A stretch of 64,000 nt of DNA, taken from contig CAISDA010000006.1 of assembly GCA_903884005.1 (NCBI GenBank), forward strand, positions 145,644-209,643. The letters run 5' to 3'. Origin of the DNA: an uncultured Ignavibacteriota bacterium (GTDB lineage Bacteria > Bacteroidota > Ignavibacteria > UBA10030 > UBA8401). The position numbers and the translations under genes are program-made. Under the pieces are notes generated by a model, which saw only the letters and a program-made list of their open reading frames with translations, had not been told where the DNA came from and ran no database searches. Shown here one piece after another: positions 28,753 to 39,323 of the stretch (positions are counted from its first letter, which is position 1; each line of letters begins with the position of its first letter).

Positions 28753-28922
28753 TGATGCAGGCAGGTCTCCTGGCTTGCGGCACGTGTGCACTGCGCTCCT
28801 TCCCCCCCGTGACAATGAAGAGTGGATGCGCAGGGAACGAGTATGCCGCGACAGTTGCGCGTCAGCTTCCGATTCGACGGAATTCCCTTTTCATCCCGAA
28901 CCATCCGGGACACCAGCATCAA
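28753..28922 (-). ncRNA. Cobalamin riboswitch upstream of the DUF6580-like gene
   Basis: GGT...GAAAAGGGAA, GCGCAACTGT, CCACT...GGGAAGG, AGCCAGGAGACCTGCC. Closing stem GATGC/GCATC. Confidence 0.93.
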
Positions 28923-28950
28923 TTATGGTAAAGAACAATTTCACAGCACA

Positions 28951-28979
28951 AATATACGACAGACATCGCTGCGAATCAA
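28951..28979 (-). promoter_or_regulatory. sigma70 promoter of the B12 uptake locus
   Basis: TTGATT-17 nt-TATATT, just 5' of the riboswitch. Confidence 0.75.
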
Positions 28980-28999
28980 GATATATTGCGATTATTTTT

Positions 29000-29569
29000 T
29001 TAGATTTTTTTTCGCTTGTTGTTCTTCTTCGCCCACATGGGTTTCTGCTTCAGTATTTTTTTATAGATGGGGCAGGTTTCCGAATGCGCATTCGGCAGAT
29101 AACCGGTGCTCATGAGAAATTCATTGACGATCTCGCCGCCGGTGAACGTGAATGTTTTTTTAAAGAGCTTCGTCCATTCGTCCTTGTCCGCGCACGTCTG
29201 CTCGTCAAGCCATTGTTTAAATGACCCGTGGCTCGCCCTCAATGCTTGTATGACCTTTGCGTTGTGCACGGCGGCGCGGATCTTTAATCTATTTCGGATG
29301 ATGCCTGCATTTCCCAGGAGCCGCTCTACATCCTTCTCCGAATAGCGCGCGATCCGATCGACGTTGAAATTATGGTATGCAGCGCGGAAATGTTCCTGCT
29401 TCTTCAGTATCATGGTCCAATTGAGTCCCGCCTGGTTGATCTCGAGTATCAGGCGTCCGAGCAGCTCGTTGTCGTCCTCCAGAGGAAAGCCGTATTGCGT
29501 GTCGTGATATTTTTTATGGAACGCAATGTTCTCATCCGTGCCCGTATGAACATAATCGCAGTATGTCAT
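29000..29569 (-). CDS. tag: DNA-3-methyladenine glycosylase I
   Basis: YHDTQYG, LEINQAGLNW, GIIRNRLKI, and Zn ligands (N-terminal Cys, C-terminal HxxxC). Confidence 0.95.
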   Translation of the reverse strand: MTYCDYVHTGTDENIAFHKKYHDTQYGFPLEDDNELLGRLILEINQAGLNWTMILKKQEHFRAAYHNFNVDRIARYSEKDVERLLGNAGIIRNRLKIRAAVHNAKVIQALRASHGSFKQWLDEQTCADKDEWTKLFKKTFTFTGGEIVNEFLMSTGYLPNAHSETCPIYKKILKQKPMWAKKNNKRKKI

Positions 29570-29663
29570 GGCCTCCCCACAAATACATCTTTATAAATAT
29601 TTTTCGTATCGTCAAATTCCATAGTTCACCACGCACACGCATCGACGACGCGGCGCAGCACAG

Positions 29664-30497
29664 CTACAGAAAATTGATCGTCGTGCGCAGCGCATCGATC
29701 TTTTCTTTCGGGATCATGATGCGGTTGACGCTGATCGCGCCGGCGTGTTCCAACGCCGCGTTGGTGAGGGCAAGCGTGTTCGGCGCGGTCATCGCGTACA
29801 TACGGTAGTCCCTGGTGTCGAAAAATTCCACAACATCCTTTGCCGTATACCCCTGTTCTTCAAAATTTCCGATCTCGAGGATCACCACCGGCCGCGCCTG
29901 TTTGAGTATCTCGACAGCACCGCGAAACACGAACAGTTCGTACCCCTCCACATCGCATTTGATGACGCCCGCGCTCGCCAATGCAGGGAACTCGCGGACG
30001 AGCGAATCGAGCGGTTTCAGCTGAATGGTCTTCAGTCCGCGTCCGTTTTTTACTCCGCCTTTTTCGATGTGCGACAACCCCGCCAGACGTGAGCCGTCGG
30101 CGTCTGTGACCCGGAGTGTGACTTCCTCATTCGAATCGGACAGACCGAACGGGAACAAACGGACTCCCTTCAGCCCCATCAATTTCACCGCAATCCCCGT
30201 TGCCAGTGCGTAATAGGGATCGGCCTCGAACGCAAAGACTGCCCCGTTATCTCCGACCGCACGGTGCAGGTGCGTCGTCCAGTCGGCCCCATTGGCACCG
30301 ACGTCGATAGCCGTATCTCCCTTATGCAGGAAGGCGGAAAGAAGCGCGGTTTCCGGGTCGGCTTTTTGTTTTGCCAACAGGATGTAGACGAAACGCAGCG
30401 CCTGTATGTATGCCGTCGGCGTTTCGCCGATCACGTTGATCAATGTTGTTTTGATATCTTGATTATTCATCATATCCTGTGCTGTTTTTCCGATCAC
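29664..30497 (-). CDS. FkbM-family methyltransferase (start could be the ATG at 30473)
   Basis: IDVGANG, FAFEA, KCDVEGYE. Confidence 0.9.
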   Translation of the reverse strand: MIGKTAQDMMNNQDIKTTLINVIGETPTAYIQALRFVYILLAKQKADPETALLSAFLHKGDTAIDVGANGADWTTHLHRAVGDNGAVFAFEADPYYALATGIAVKLMGLKGVRLFPFGLSDSNEEVTLRVTDADGSRLAGLSHIEKGGVKNGRGLKTIQLKPLDSLVREFPALASAGVIKCDVEGYELFVFRGAVEILKQARPVVILEIGNFEEQGYTAKDVVEFFDTRDYRMYAMTAPNTLALTNAALEHAGAISVNRIMIPKEKIDALRTTINFL

Positions 30498-30574
30498 ATA
30501 GCGTAACCGATACGGTTCACGTTAATTGTCTTCCCCTTGAATATCATGCACCCGGGACGAACGCACGCCGTTCA

Positions 30575-31162
30575 TCACACAAACCACAAGTGATCGATCT
30601 TCCCGAGACTGTATTGCAGGTCTTTCGATCTCTCCCCTATTTTCCTGGCAGGGACACCGCCGACGATTGCATACGGCTCCACGGATTTCGTGACAACGGC
30701 TCCCGCCGCCACAACGGCGCCCTTGCCGACCGTGACTCCGGGAAGTATGATCGAGCGGCAGCTTAGCCAGGCATAGTCTTCTACGATCACCCGGCCTTCA
30801 TGCGCGCCGAAGGAGGGGCTGTTGAGATCGTGCTCAACGGTCCAGATCATGACCTCCGACGAAAAATTCACGCTTTCACCGATAGTGATGCCGCCTCGTC
30901 CGTCGAGCGTGCATTTGTGGCCGATCGTTGTATTTTTTTTAATGCTGATGTTTTGCGGCGAACGGATTTCGCCGCCCATATAAATGATCGACGTCCGATC
31001 GATCTCCATCCCGTAGAGTCGGAAAATACCGTGGCGCAGCCATTGCAGTGGAATATGCGTGGTAACACCCAACACCAGAAACGTGAATCCGGTATACGGT
31101 CGTTTCATGGCTCTCCATGCGGCGGCAAGCGGGTTCGGCATAGCGGTTGTGTCCTCTGTCAT
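30575..31162 (-). CDS. Hexapeptide-repeat O-acyltransferase
   Basis: LDGRGGITIG, ILPGVTVGKGAVVAAGAVV, GGVPAR. Confidence 0.92.
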   Translation of the reverse strand: MTEDTTAMPNPLAAAWRAMKRPYTGFTFLVLGVTTHIPLQWLRHGIFRLYGMEIDRTSIIYMGGEIRSPQNISIKKNTTIGHKCTLDGRGGITIGESVNFSSEVMIWTVEHDLNSPSFGAHEGRVIVEDYAWLSCRSIILPGVTVGKGAVVAAGAVVTKSVEPYAIVGGVPARKIGERSKDLQYSLGKIDHLWFV

Positions 31163-31196
31163 TGTGTTCGTCCCTGTGCATGGACCTGTGTATGTC

Positions 31197-32651
31197 TCAT
31201 CGGGAAAATCTCATTATTCTTTTTATTGCCATCAGCTCGTCTTCCTCGAAGAACCGTCCCAGGGCGATGATCGCGCCCCATGAGGCAACGAGAACCAGTT
31301 TCACCCACATGCCTCCGCCGGAGGGAAGCATGGTCGACACCGTGAACACAACAGCGGTCACGCAGGCGACCTTCACGAGCCGGAAGTACTCATAGCCGAT
31401 CGGGTAAAATTTTTGAGCGACCACAAACAACGCGGCAGCGGAAAGCACATACGCGATGAGCGTTGCGTATGCCGCGCCGTAGATGCCGTATTTCGGAATC
31501 AGGAGGATGTTGGCGGCGATGTTGGACACGGCGGCGATGACGGACGTGGGCAAGAGGTACATCGTCTTCTTTTCTATTTGTATCCCGGCGTTGAGATTAA
31601 TCGAGATGCCGCCAAAGACATAGGCAAGCAGCACGATGGGCACGATCCCAAGTCCGCTCCAGTACGTGTCGCGTATGATGTGGTGGTTGAAAATTTTGAT
31701 TGTCACGATATCGCCGATAAAAAACGACAGCACAAGAAACAAGAGCGTCGATGCGAGCACATAATATGTCATCACGCGCGCGAAGAGCTGTTTCGCATTG
31801 TCGTCCTTCGCGTGAGAAAGGAAGAACGGACGCCATGCGTATTCGAACATGGACGAGACGAGATTCATGAAGATGCCGAGCCGGTAATTCGCCTGATAAA
31901 TGCCCACGGCGCTGTCCGTGGACATGGCCTTCAGTATGGGCCTGTCTATCACCTGCAGGATGATGCCCGAGATGCCGACGGGAATATATGGCAGGCCGAA
32001 GCGTAGCAATTCCATGTAGAGCTGTGTGGAGAACGCGAACCGCGTGTGCCGGTACACATGCGGCAGCAGCAGTGCGAAGGTGAGGGCCGACGAGGCGGCC
32101 CCGCTGAAGAAGATGCCCTCGACCCCCCAGTGAAGATACACGAGCGTCACAATATTGAACACCACGTTCGACGCGATGTTCACGATCTTCAGCGCCGCAA
32201 AGAACTTCGCCTTCCGCTCCAGACGCAGCGAGGCGAACGGCACGATCATGAGCGTATCGAAGAACAGAATGCCCGCCGCATAGCGGATGATGCGATAGTA
32301 GGACACATCGACCTGAAAGAGCGGCGCGACGGACGAGGCGAAGCCGTAGAGCAGCCCGGAGAAGAGCACCGCCGTGACTGCCAGCGAAAAGAACGGTGTC
32401 GAAAAATTATCCTTCTTGTCCCCGATCTCGAGAGACGATGCGAACCGGAAATACGAGGCCTCCATGCCGTAGCTGTACACGACATTCAGGAACGCGATGT
32501 ACGAATACACGGTGGCGACAATGCCGTACTGCCCCGTGGAAAGGACGTTCGTATAGAACGGAACGAGAAGAAATGTGAGGAAGCGCCCGACAATGGTGCT
32601 GATGCCATACACCGCGGTATCGGCGCCGAGCCGCTTGATTTGAGAGAACAT
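31197..32651 (-). CDS. Oligosaccharide flippase (Wzx family) #1
   Basis: LLVPFYT, IDRPILK, VGIYQANY, LLIPKYGIYGAAYAT. Multi-TM. Confidence 0.9.
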   Translation of the reverse strand: MFSQIKRLGADTAVYGISTIVGRFLTFLLVPFYTNVLSTGQYGIVATVYSYIAFLNVVYSYGMEASYFRFASSLEIGDKKDNFSTPFFSLAVTAVLFSGLLYGFASSVAPLFQVDVSYYRIIRYAAGILFFDTLMIVPFASLRLERKAKFFAALKIVNIASNVVFNIVTLVYLHWGVEGIFFSGAASSALTFALLLPHVYRHTRFAFSTQLYMELLRFGLPYIPVGISGIILQVIDRPILKAMSTDSAVGIYQANYRLGIFMNLVSSMFEYAWRPFFLSHAKDDNAKQLFARVMTYYVLASTLLFLVLSFFIGDIVTIKIFNHHIIRDTYWSGLGIVPIVLLAYVFGGISINLNAGIQIEKKTMYLLPTSVIAAVSNIAANILLIPKYGIYGAAYATLIAYVLSAAALFVVAQKFYPIGYEYFRLVKVACVTAVVFTVSTMLPSGGGMWVKLVLVASWGAIIALGRFFEEDELMAIKRIMRFSR

Positions 32652-32654
32652 ATG

Positions 32655-33512
32655 TTAGATGGATTCCATGTCGAGCGAAATGTCGAGCACCTTCGGAGAA
32701 TGCGTCAGCGCGCCGACGGAAATAAAATCGACACCCGTCTCAGCCACTGCGCGAATGGTCTGCATCGTAATGCCGCCTGAAGCTTCCACTTCCACCCGGC
32801 GGGCGATGATGCCGACCGCCTCTGTCATCAGCCCGATCGGATAATTGTCCAGCATGATACGGTCAATGCCACCGCATGCGAGGGCTTCACGGACCTGAGC
32901 GATGGAATCGGTCTCGACTTCAATGGGGACGGTGATCGCATGGGTCTTAAGGTACGCCGTGCAACGCTCGATTGCCTGAGTAACGCCGCCGGCGGCCGCG
33001 ATATGATTGTCCTTGATGAGCACCATCTGGTCCAGGCCGAAACGATGGTTCACGCCGCCGCCGTCGCGGACCGCTTGTTTATCCAGCACGCGCAACCCCG
33101 GCACGGTCTTGCGCGTATCGGTGATCTTGGCGCGCTTTCCGGCTACCGCGTGGACGAACATGTGCGTGAGCGATGCGATGCCGCACATGCGCTGGAGAAA
33201 ATTTAGCGCAACGCGCTCACCCAGCAATATGCCGCGGGTCGGGCCGGCAAGCGTGGCGATCGTTGTGCCCTTTTGGATGAGCGAGGTATCGGCGAGCAGC
33301 GGATTCATCGTGATCCGGTCGTCGACAATGTGGAACACCAGCTGCGCGATCTCGATGCCGGAGAGTATTCCGGTTTCCTTGCAGAGCAATGTCGCCTTCG
33401 ACTGCTGATCTTCGGGTATGGTCGATTCGCTCGTCACATCCCCGAATCCGATATCCTCGAAGAGGGCCTGTTCGATCAAACGGACTATTTTATTGTCGAG
33501 GTCACTGTGCAT
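32655..33512 (-). CDS. nadC: Quinolinate phosphoribosyltransferase
   Basis: DTRKTVPG, NHRFGL, IKDNH, MLDN, EASGG, ISVGALTHS. Confidence 0.97.
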   Translation of the reverse strand: MHSDLDNKIVRLIEQALFEDIGFGDVTSESTIPEDQQSKATLLCKETGILSGIEIAQLVFHIVDDRITMNPLLADTSLIQKGTTIATLAGPTRGILLGERVALNFLQRMCGIASLTHMFVHAVAGKRAKITDTRKTVPGLRVLDKQAVRDGGGVNHRFGLDQMVLIKDNHIAAAGGVTQAIERCTAYLKTHAITVPIEVETDSIAQVREALACGGIDRIMLDNYPIGLMTEAVGIIARRVEVEASGGITMQTIRAVAETGVDFISVGALTHSPKVLDISLDMESI

Positions 33513-33666
33513 CGGTTTCGTCCACGAGCATGATGGGAATGTCGTTCTTGACGTCGTATTTTTTTCCGCACTCGGTGCACAGCAGAATATTGTCCTCCGC
33601 CTTATAGTCGAGGGCGCCCTTGCATTTCGGGCAGCAGAGGATATCGAGGAGTTCTTTTTTGATCAT
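33502..33666 (-). CDS. Trm112/YcaR-family protein
   Basis: LLDILCCPKCKG...CTECGKKYDVKNDIPIML. Confidence 0.9.
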   Translation of the reverse strand: MIKKELLDILCCPKCKGALDYKAEDNILLCTECGKKYDVKNDIPIMLVDETDAQ

Positions 33667-33712
33667 AGAGGTTAGAAAGAAAGGTGAAGCATGGGTGAGA
33701 TAACATCTCGCC

Positions 33713-34141
33713 CTACAATGTTTGGAAATATGCGTCCATCGCATCGGCGAATATTTTCGGCACACGTGTGACCGACTGCGTCGCGGGATTCATGAACGCG
33801 TGTTCGGTGTAGCCGGTTGCGAGCAGCATGCCTGTTGTTTTGTTGTGGACCTCATAGTCGATACGCATCCTCACCGTCGGGATACCGGCGATGGTGCTCG
33901 TCACGACAAGCACGTCGTCGTAGAACGCGGGCCGTTTGTATGTGACATGCGCCTCGAGCACCGGCAGAATAAATCCGTTCTTTTCAATTTCGGTGTACGG
34001 CAGGCCGATGTGCCGGAGCATATCCGTGCGCGCCATCTCAAAATATTCGAGATAGCGTCCGTAGTACATGAACTTCATCTGGTCTATTTCGGAATATCTG
34101 ACGCGGTATTCGCTGCTCGAGGTGAGCGCCTTCTCATTCAT
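33713..34141 (-). CDS. Acyl-CoA thioesterase (YbgC/FadM family)
   Basis: [27 protein letters not shown]. The start overlaps the accA end. Confidence 0.9.
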   Translation of the reverse strand: MNEKALTSSSEYRVRYSEIDQMKFMYYGRYLEYFEMARTDMLRHIGLPYTEIEKNGFILPVLEAHVTYKRPAFYDDVLVVTSTIAGIPTVRMRIDYEVHNKTTGMLLATGYTEHAFMNPATQSVTRVPKIFADAMDAYFQTL

Positions 34142-35084
34142 TCCATGCTCCCATGGCACAGAATTTTTGAATACGCTTCTCGACCAATTTATCCGCCTTC
34201 AGTTTTTTCAGTCCTGCAAGTTCGGCCAGGATGGCCTCCTTGAGCGATTGCGCCGCAGCTTCCGGATTCCGGTGCGCGCCGCCCGGCGGTTCGGGAATAA
34301 TGCCGTCGATGATCTTCTGTTCCAACAGATCGGTCGGCGTCAGTTTCAGCGCTTCGGCCGCCTGCTCCTTATACTCCCAGCTCTTCCATAGGATGCTCGA
34401 ACACGATTCGGGCGCGATCACCGAGTACCACGTATATTCCATCATTAAAATTTTATCGCCGACGCCGATGCCGAGCGCGCCGCCCGATGCACCCTCGCCG
34501 ATGACCACGACGACGATCGGTACGGGAAGGTGCGACATCTCGAAGAGATTCCGCGCGATGGCTTCTGCCTGTCCGCGTTCCTCTGCGCCGATGCCCGGAA
34601 ATGCACCGGGTGTATCGAGCAGCGTCACAATGGGACGGTTGAATTTCACCGCCAGTTTCATCAGACGCAGCGCCTTCCGGTACCCTTCGGGCTGCGGCAT
34701 GCCGAAGTTCCGGTACACGTTCGATTTCGTGTCCCTGCCCTTTTGATGCCCGATGAGCATCACCGGCTCATCGCCGAGCGTGGCAAAGCCGCCGACGATC
34801 GATTTGTCGTCGCCGAACGCGCGGTCGCCGTGAAGCTCGATGAAATCGTTCGTCATCATGCCGATGTAATCGAGCGTATAGGGCCGCTCAGGATGGCGCG
34901 CGAGCTGCACCCGCTGCCACCGGGTCAGTTCGGCATACACATTCTCCCGAAGTTGAATGACTTTTTTTTCCAAGTGTTGGATCTCCTGGCCGATATCGAG
35001 CGTATCGGAAAGCGTGCGCATCTCGTCGATTTTTTTTTCCAGCTCAACGATGGGTTTTTCAAATTCCAAAATCATCTTGCTCAT
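34134..35084 (-). CDS. accA: Acetyl-CoA carboxylase carboxyltransferase alpha subunit
   Basis: [43 protein letters not shown]. Confidence 0.98.
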   Translation of the reverse strand: MSKMILEFEKPIVELEKKIDEMRTLSDTLDIGQEIQHLEKKVIQLRENVYAELTRWQRVQLARHPERPYTLDYIGMMTNDFIELHGDRAFGDDKSIVGGFATLGDEPVMLIGHQKGRDTKSNVYRNFGMPQPEGYRKALRLMKLAVKFNRPIVTLLDTPGAFPGIGAEERGQAEAIARNLFEMSHLPVPIVVVVIGEGASGGALGIGVGDKILMMEYTWYSVIAPESCSSILWKSWEYKEQAAEALKLTPTDLLEQKIIDGIIPEPPGGAHRNPEAAAQSLKEAILAELAGLKKLKADKLVEKRIQKFCAMGAWNE

Positions 35085-37096
35085 GCTCGTGTAACCTTTC
35101 CGCGATTGCCTGCGCGCTGCAGCGCCTTCATCATGATCTCGATGTCGAGCAGCAGCGATTGGTTCTTCGCGTAATACAATTCGTACCGCTCTTTTTCTTC
35201 ACTCGACAACTGTTGATTGGGTTGTATCTGCACGATGCCGGTCGTGCCCGGTTTGCCTACATACATGCCCCCGCCCGCCGGCGCCTCAATGGACGACTGT
35301 TCCCTCCCGACGATGCTCTGGGTGCCCGCGAGGATCTTCGGCGCATCGGCAACAAATGCGGCTGCCGACGGAAGACAGCCTTTGATCAGAAGGCGAAGAA
35401 AATATACGAAAGGTGCGACACAAATCAAAAGGAGAAGGACCAGGAAAGCATCCACTGTTCGCTTCACGGCACGGTTTCCCAGCCGCCCGATGTTATAGTC
35501 GATATCGACAAAGGGAATATCGTCCAGCTGGTCGATGCTCGCCTTTCCGATGATGACCTCCATCGTGGTCGGAACGAGGCGGAAGTTCACAGACCGTGTG
35601 CTGTTCGTGGCGATCACGGAAAGGATGGTGGAATACGTGATAGCGTCTGTGGAAAAAATAACCTCGGTGATCTTATGATCGTCGATAATCTTGCCGATGT
35701 TGTCGATGCTGCCGAGGATCTCGACATCCAGAATTTTTTCGCCTACCCGCTGATAGTTGACGTCGATGAAGCCGACGACGGAGTAGCCGTCGCCGATGCG
35801 GGCGCGGAGTTTTTTCACCACTTCCTGACCCGAAGCTTCGGCCCCCACCACGAGCGTGCGGCGGCCGAACAATGTTTTGCGGGATGAGACCTCGCCAAAC
35901 CCGAGCATGCGCAGCGCCAGGCGCCATCCGGGTATGACCGCAGTGCAGAGCACCCCCGAGATGACCATGATGCCGCGGCTGAATGCAAAATCCTTGACGA
36001 AGGATGTCAGCGAGGAGATGAGTATGAACCCGAGCACGACGCCCGTCATCGAACGCGAGACCGAAAGCCGGTGCATGCTGTAGACGCCGGCCCCGGCAAG
36101 CATGACTACCACGATTGCACCCGGGAACAGGAACACCCATGGAAAGGCATACGAAGGAAATTGATACGTGCTCCCCTTCCATACCAAGCGGGCAAGCATG
36201 ATCACGACGGCGACAATGGCCATGTCCAGGGCCATGAGCAGGAACGGTTTCACGGCGCGCATTCCGGCGGCAAGCACACGGCGCAGTTTGATGCCGAGCT
36301 GTATGAACGCCTCGAAGATGAACGAGCCGGTGTGATGCTTGCGCACGAAGAGGCGCATCGCATTGTAAAATACCTTCACTTCGTCAATGCTGCTCCGCTT
36401 CGTGCTTTCACCCTTGTAATGAATGATCTTCGTATCGGGCACATAGTACAACTTCCACCCGGATTTCTGCACGCGGTAGCACCAATCGAGATCCTCTCCA
36501 TACATGAAGAACGATTCGTCCAGCCCCCCTATCGCTTCGTAGACCGAACGGCGAAGCATCATAAACGACCCGCTGATGGCGTCGACTTCGTAGGTGCTGT
36601 CGGGATCGAGATAGGTGAGATTATACTTGCCGAAGAGTTTCGATTTCGGAACAAGCGCGCTTAACCCGGAGACTTTTGTGAACGCGACCCACGGCGTTGG
36701 GAAACTGCGCCGGCACGCCAACTGGAGCGTGCCGTCGGGATTGAGGATCTTGCAGCCGGCCATTCCGGCATCCGGATGCTGTTCAAAAAAACGAATGAGC
36801 GTGCGGACGGTGTCTTCCTGAATGAGTGTATCGGGATTCAGCAATAGCAGGTATCGTCCCGTGGACTGCACGAGCGCCTGGTTATTGGCCGCGGCAAAAC
36901 CGCTGTTGACCGTATTGGCGATCAGATGCACGTCCGGGAAATTCGCGCGCATCATTTCGACGCTGCCGTCGTCCGATGCGTTATCCACGACAAATATTTC
37001 GGCCTGCAGTCCTTCCAGCGACCTCCTGAGAGACAGGAGGGCATTCTTCAAAAAATCGCGAACATTATAATTGACGATGACAACGGAGACGTCCAT
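35081..37096 (-). CDS. GT2 glycosyltransferase fused to a TM / Rossmann / degenerate sugar-transferase module
   Basis: [28 protein letters not shown], then TM helices, LVVGA, KRTVD and KPGTTG. Confidence 0.9.
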   Translation of the reverse strand: MDVSVVIVNYNVRDFLKNALLSLRRSLEGLQAEIFVVDNASDDGSVEMMRANFPDVHLIANTVNSGFAAANNQALVQSTGRYLLLLNPDTLIQEDTVRTLIRFFEQHPDAGMAGCKILNPDGTLQLACRRSFPTPWVAFTKVSGLSALVPKSKLFGKYNLTYLDPDSTYEVDAISGSFMMLRRSVYEAIGGLDESFFMYGEDLDWCYRVQKSGWKLYYVPDTKIIHYKGESTKRSSIDEVKVFYNAMRLFVRKHHTGSFIFEAFIQLGIKLRRVLAAGMRAVKPFLLMALDMAIVAVVIMLARLVWKGSTYQFPSYAFPWVFLFPGAIVVVMLAGAGVYSMHRLSVSRSMTGVVLGFILISSLTSFVKDFAFSRGIMVISGVLCTAVIPGWRLALRMLGFGEVSSRKTLFGRRTLVVGAEASGQEVVKKLRARIGDGYSVVGFIDVNYQRVGEKILDVEILGSIDNIGKIIDDHKITEVIFSTDAITYSTILSVIATNSTRSVNFRLVPTTMEVIIGKASIDQLDDIPFVDIDYNIGRLGNRAVKRTVDAFLVLLLLICVAPFVYFLRLLIKGCLPSAAAFVADAPKILAGTQSIVGREQSSIEAPAGGGMYVGKPGTTGIVQIQPNQQLSSEEKERYELYYAKNQSLLLDIEIMMKALQRAGNRGKVTRA

Positions 37097-37109
37097 GCAC
37101 ACTCTTCGG

Positions 37110-37826
37110 TTATAAACGATTGAGGATGCTGCGGAGCTTCAGCACCCACACCATGTAGACGGCCTCGTAGACGATCTTCCGCGACATTTTCGAAACGCCC
37201 GCATCGCGGTCGACGAAAATGATCGGGATCTCCGCCAGGCGGAACCCGCGGCTCCAGACCTTGAAGCTCATCTCGATCTGGAACGAATACCCGTTCGATT
37301 TGATCTTGTCGAGGTTGATGGACTCGAGTGCCGCGCGCCGGTAGCATTTATATCCGCCGGTGGCATCCTTCAGCGGAAGTCCGGTGATGATGCGCGTGTA
37401 GACGTTCGCAAAGTAACTCAGCAGCAGGCGTTTCATGGGCCAATACACGACGCTGATCCCCTTGCAGTAGCGCGATCCCACGACAAGGTCGACCTCTTCG
37501 ATTTTTTTCAGGAATGCGGGAATGTCCTTCGGATTGTGCGAAAAATCGGCGTCCATCTCGAAAATGTAATCGAACTTCCGCTCGATCGCATATTTGAAAC
37601 CGGCCACATACGCCGTTCCCAATCCCATTTTCCCCGCCCGCTCGATGATGTGAATGCGCGGCTGTGTCTCCATCATGCGCTTCACGATCGCCGCAGTGCC
37701 GTCCGGCGAATTGTCGTCCACGATCAGCATTTCGACCGTGTCCCCCTGCTCCAATACGATGGTGATGAGGCGCTCAACATTTTCCGCTTCATTGAACGTG
37801 GGCGTAATTACGAGTGTCTTCGGCAT
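37110..37826 (-). CDS. Polyprenol monophosphomannose synthase (Dpm1-like GT2)
   Basis: PTFNEAEN, VDDNSPDGT, GLGTAY, EMDADFSH, DATGGYK, GYSFQIE. Confidence 0.92.
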   Translation of the reverse strand: MPKTLVITPTFNEAENVERLITIVLEQGDTVEMLIVDDNSPDGTAAIVKRMMETQPRIHIIERAGKMGLGTAYVAGFKYAIERKFDYIFEMDADFSHNPKDIPAFLKKIEEVDLVVGSRYCKGISVVYWPMKRLLLSYFANVYTRIITGLPLKDATGGYKCYRRAALESINLDKIKSNGYSFQIEMSFKVWSRGFRLAEIPIIFVDRDAGVSKMSRKIVYEAVYMVWVLKLRSILNRL

Positions 37827-37864
37827 GGCGTGGTTCTTTTTATGAGATAGAGTGTGTATGTTAT

Positions 37865-37893
37865 AAAGTAATTTATTTCGACGGCAATTTCAA
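37865..37893 (-). promoter_or_regulatory. sigma70 promoter upstream of the Dpm1-like gene
   Basis: TTGAAA-17 nt-TACTTT. Confidence 0.6.
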
Positions 37894-37928
37894 TCGTTCA
37901 TGTGAGTAAGGACGAAGTGCACAGGATG

Positions 37929-39323
37929 TTAGTTCCCTTTTCCAGCGACCATCACATAGAGCGTCGTTAACAGAATTTTAATGTCCATACGGAACGACAT
38001 ATTCTCGATATAGAACAGGTCATACCGCACTTTCGAGCGCACATCATCGATGCTCGTGTCGTATCCCTGTTTGATCTGCGCCCATCCGGTAATGCCCGGC
38101 CGCACCGTGAGTCGCCGCTTATAGAGCGGAATCTCCTTCGACAGTTTCTCGACAAAGAACGGCCGCTCGGGACGCGGTCCCACGAGGCTCATGTCCCCGT
38201 CCAGCACGTTCACGAATTGGGGGATCTCGTCGAGCCGCGTCTTGCGCAGGAATTTTCCGAACGACGTCACACGCGTATCGTTCTTCGGTGCCCAGACGGG
38301 GCCGGACGACGATTCAGCGTCAGCGCGCATGGAACGGAACTTGCGCATCTTGAACAATTTTTCGCCTTTGCCGACGCGTTCCTGGCTGTAGACGATCGGT
38401 CCGGGAGAATCCAGCTTGATGCCGATCCCGATGACCATCCACAACGGAGCGCTGACGATGAGCACCAGAAGTGAGACAACGATATCCACGACGCGTTTTG
38501 CGCTTTCCTCCCATGGCTGCATGATGCGCGGCATGATCTCGATCAGCGGTATGCCGTAGAGCTGGTTGGTCCGGGCCTGTCCGCTGATGATGTCGTACAT
38601 GTCCGGCTGAATTTTCAGGCTCACATCCTGGCCGTTGACGCGCGAGATGATGTCCAACAGTTTGTCGTGGTCCGAGGTCTCGAGCGCGATCATCACGTCC
38701 TTCACTGCATATTGGTCCACGATCTGATGAAGCGCATCGAGGTTCCCGAGAACATTGATGCCGTGATGGTTGGACGAGGATTTTCGCTTGTCCACTTTCA
38801 CGAATCCCACGACACGATAGCCCAGGGCGGGGTGCTGCAGCAGAAGATCGTGCAGCGTTTTTCCCTTCGCATTCCAGCCCACGATCACCGCATTGCGCAG
38901 TCCGATGCCCTGCAGCAGCAGACGCTTGCGCGTGCTCCGATAGAACACGCGTCCGGCCCCGACGGTCACGAGCGTGATGCCCCAATAGGCAAGCATCAGC
39001 GTCCGAGCGCCGCCCCGGACTTCAACGTTCGTATCGTCGATAAAGACGATGAAGAAAAGAAGAAGGCAGCCGATGCTGATCGTCTTGAAGATCGCCACAA
39101 ATTCGTCGGTGCGCGAAGCGGCATGCCACGAACGGTACAATCCGAAAAAGACGAACACGATACACCAGAACACGTACACCAGCAGCATCGGCATCCAGAG
39201 GTCGACATTCGCGCTCATTGCCGCGATACCGCTTTGCACGCGGAACAGGAAATACAGATACCACGCCGCATTGAGCGTCACAAAATCCGTCAGTACCGTG
39301 CGTATGTCGATTTTATTGACCAT
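37929..39323 (-). CDS. Priming polyprenyl-phosphate glycosylphosphotransferase (WcaJ/WbaP family)
   Basis: KRVVD, KFRSM, RLDEIPQ, MSLVGPRPE, RPGITGWAQ. Confidence 0.95.
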   Translation of the reverse strand: MVNKIDIRTVLTDFVTLNAAWYLYFLFRVQSGIAAMSANVDLWMPMLLVYVFWCIVFVFFGLYRSWHAASRTDEFVAIFKTISIGCLLLFFIVFIDDTNVEVRGGARTLMLAYWGITLVTVGAGRVFYRSTRKRLLLQGIGLRNAVIVGWNAKGKTLHDLLLQHPALGYRVVGFVKVDKRKSSSNHHGINVLGNLDALHQIVDQYAVKDVMIALETSDHDKLLDIISRVNGQDVSLKIQPDMYDIISGQARTNQLYGIPLIEIMPRIMQPWEESAKRVVDIVVSLLVLIVSAPLWMVIGIGIKLDSPGPIVYSQERVGKGEKLFKMRKFRSMRADAESSSGPVWAPKNDTRVTSFGKFLRKTRLDEIPQFVNVLDGDMSLVGPRPERPFFVEKLSKEIPLYKRRLTVRPGITGWAQIKQGYDTSIDDVRSKVRYDLFYIENMSFRMDIKILLTTLYVMVAGKGN

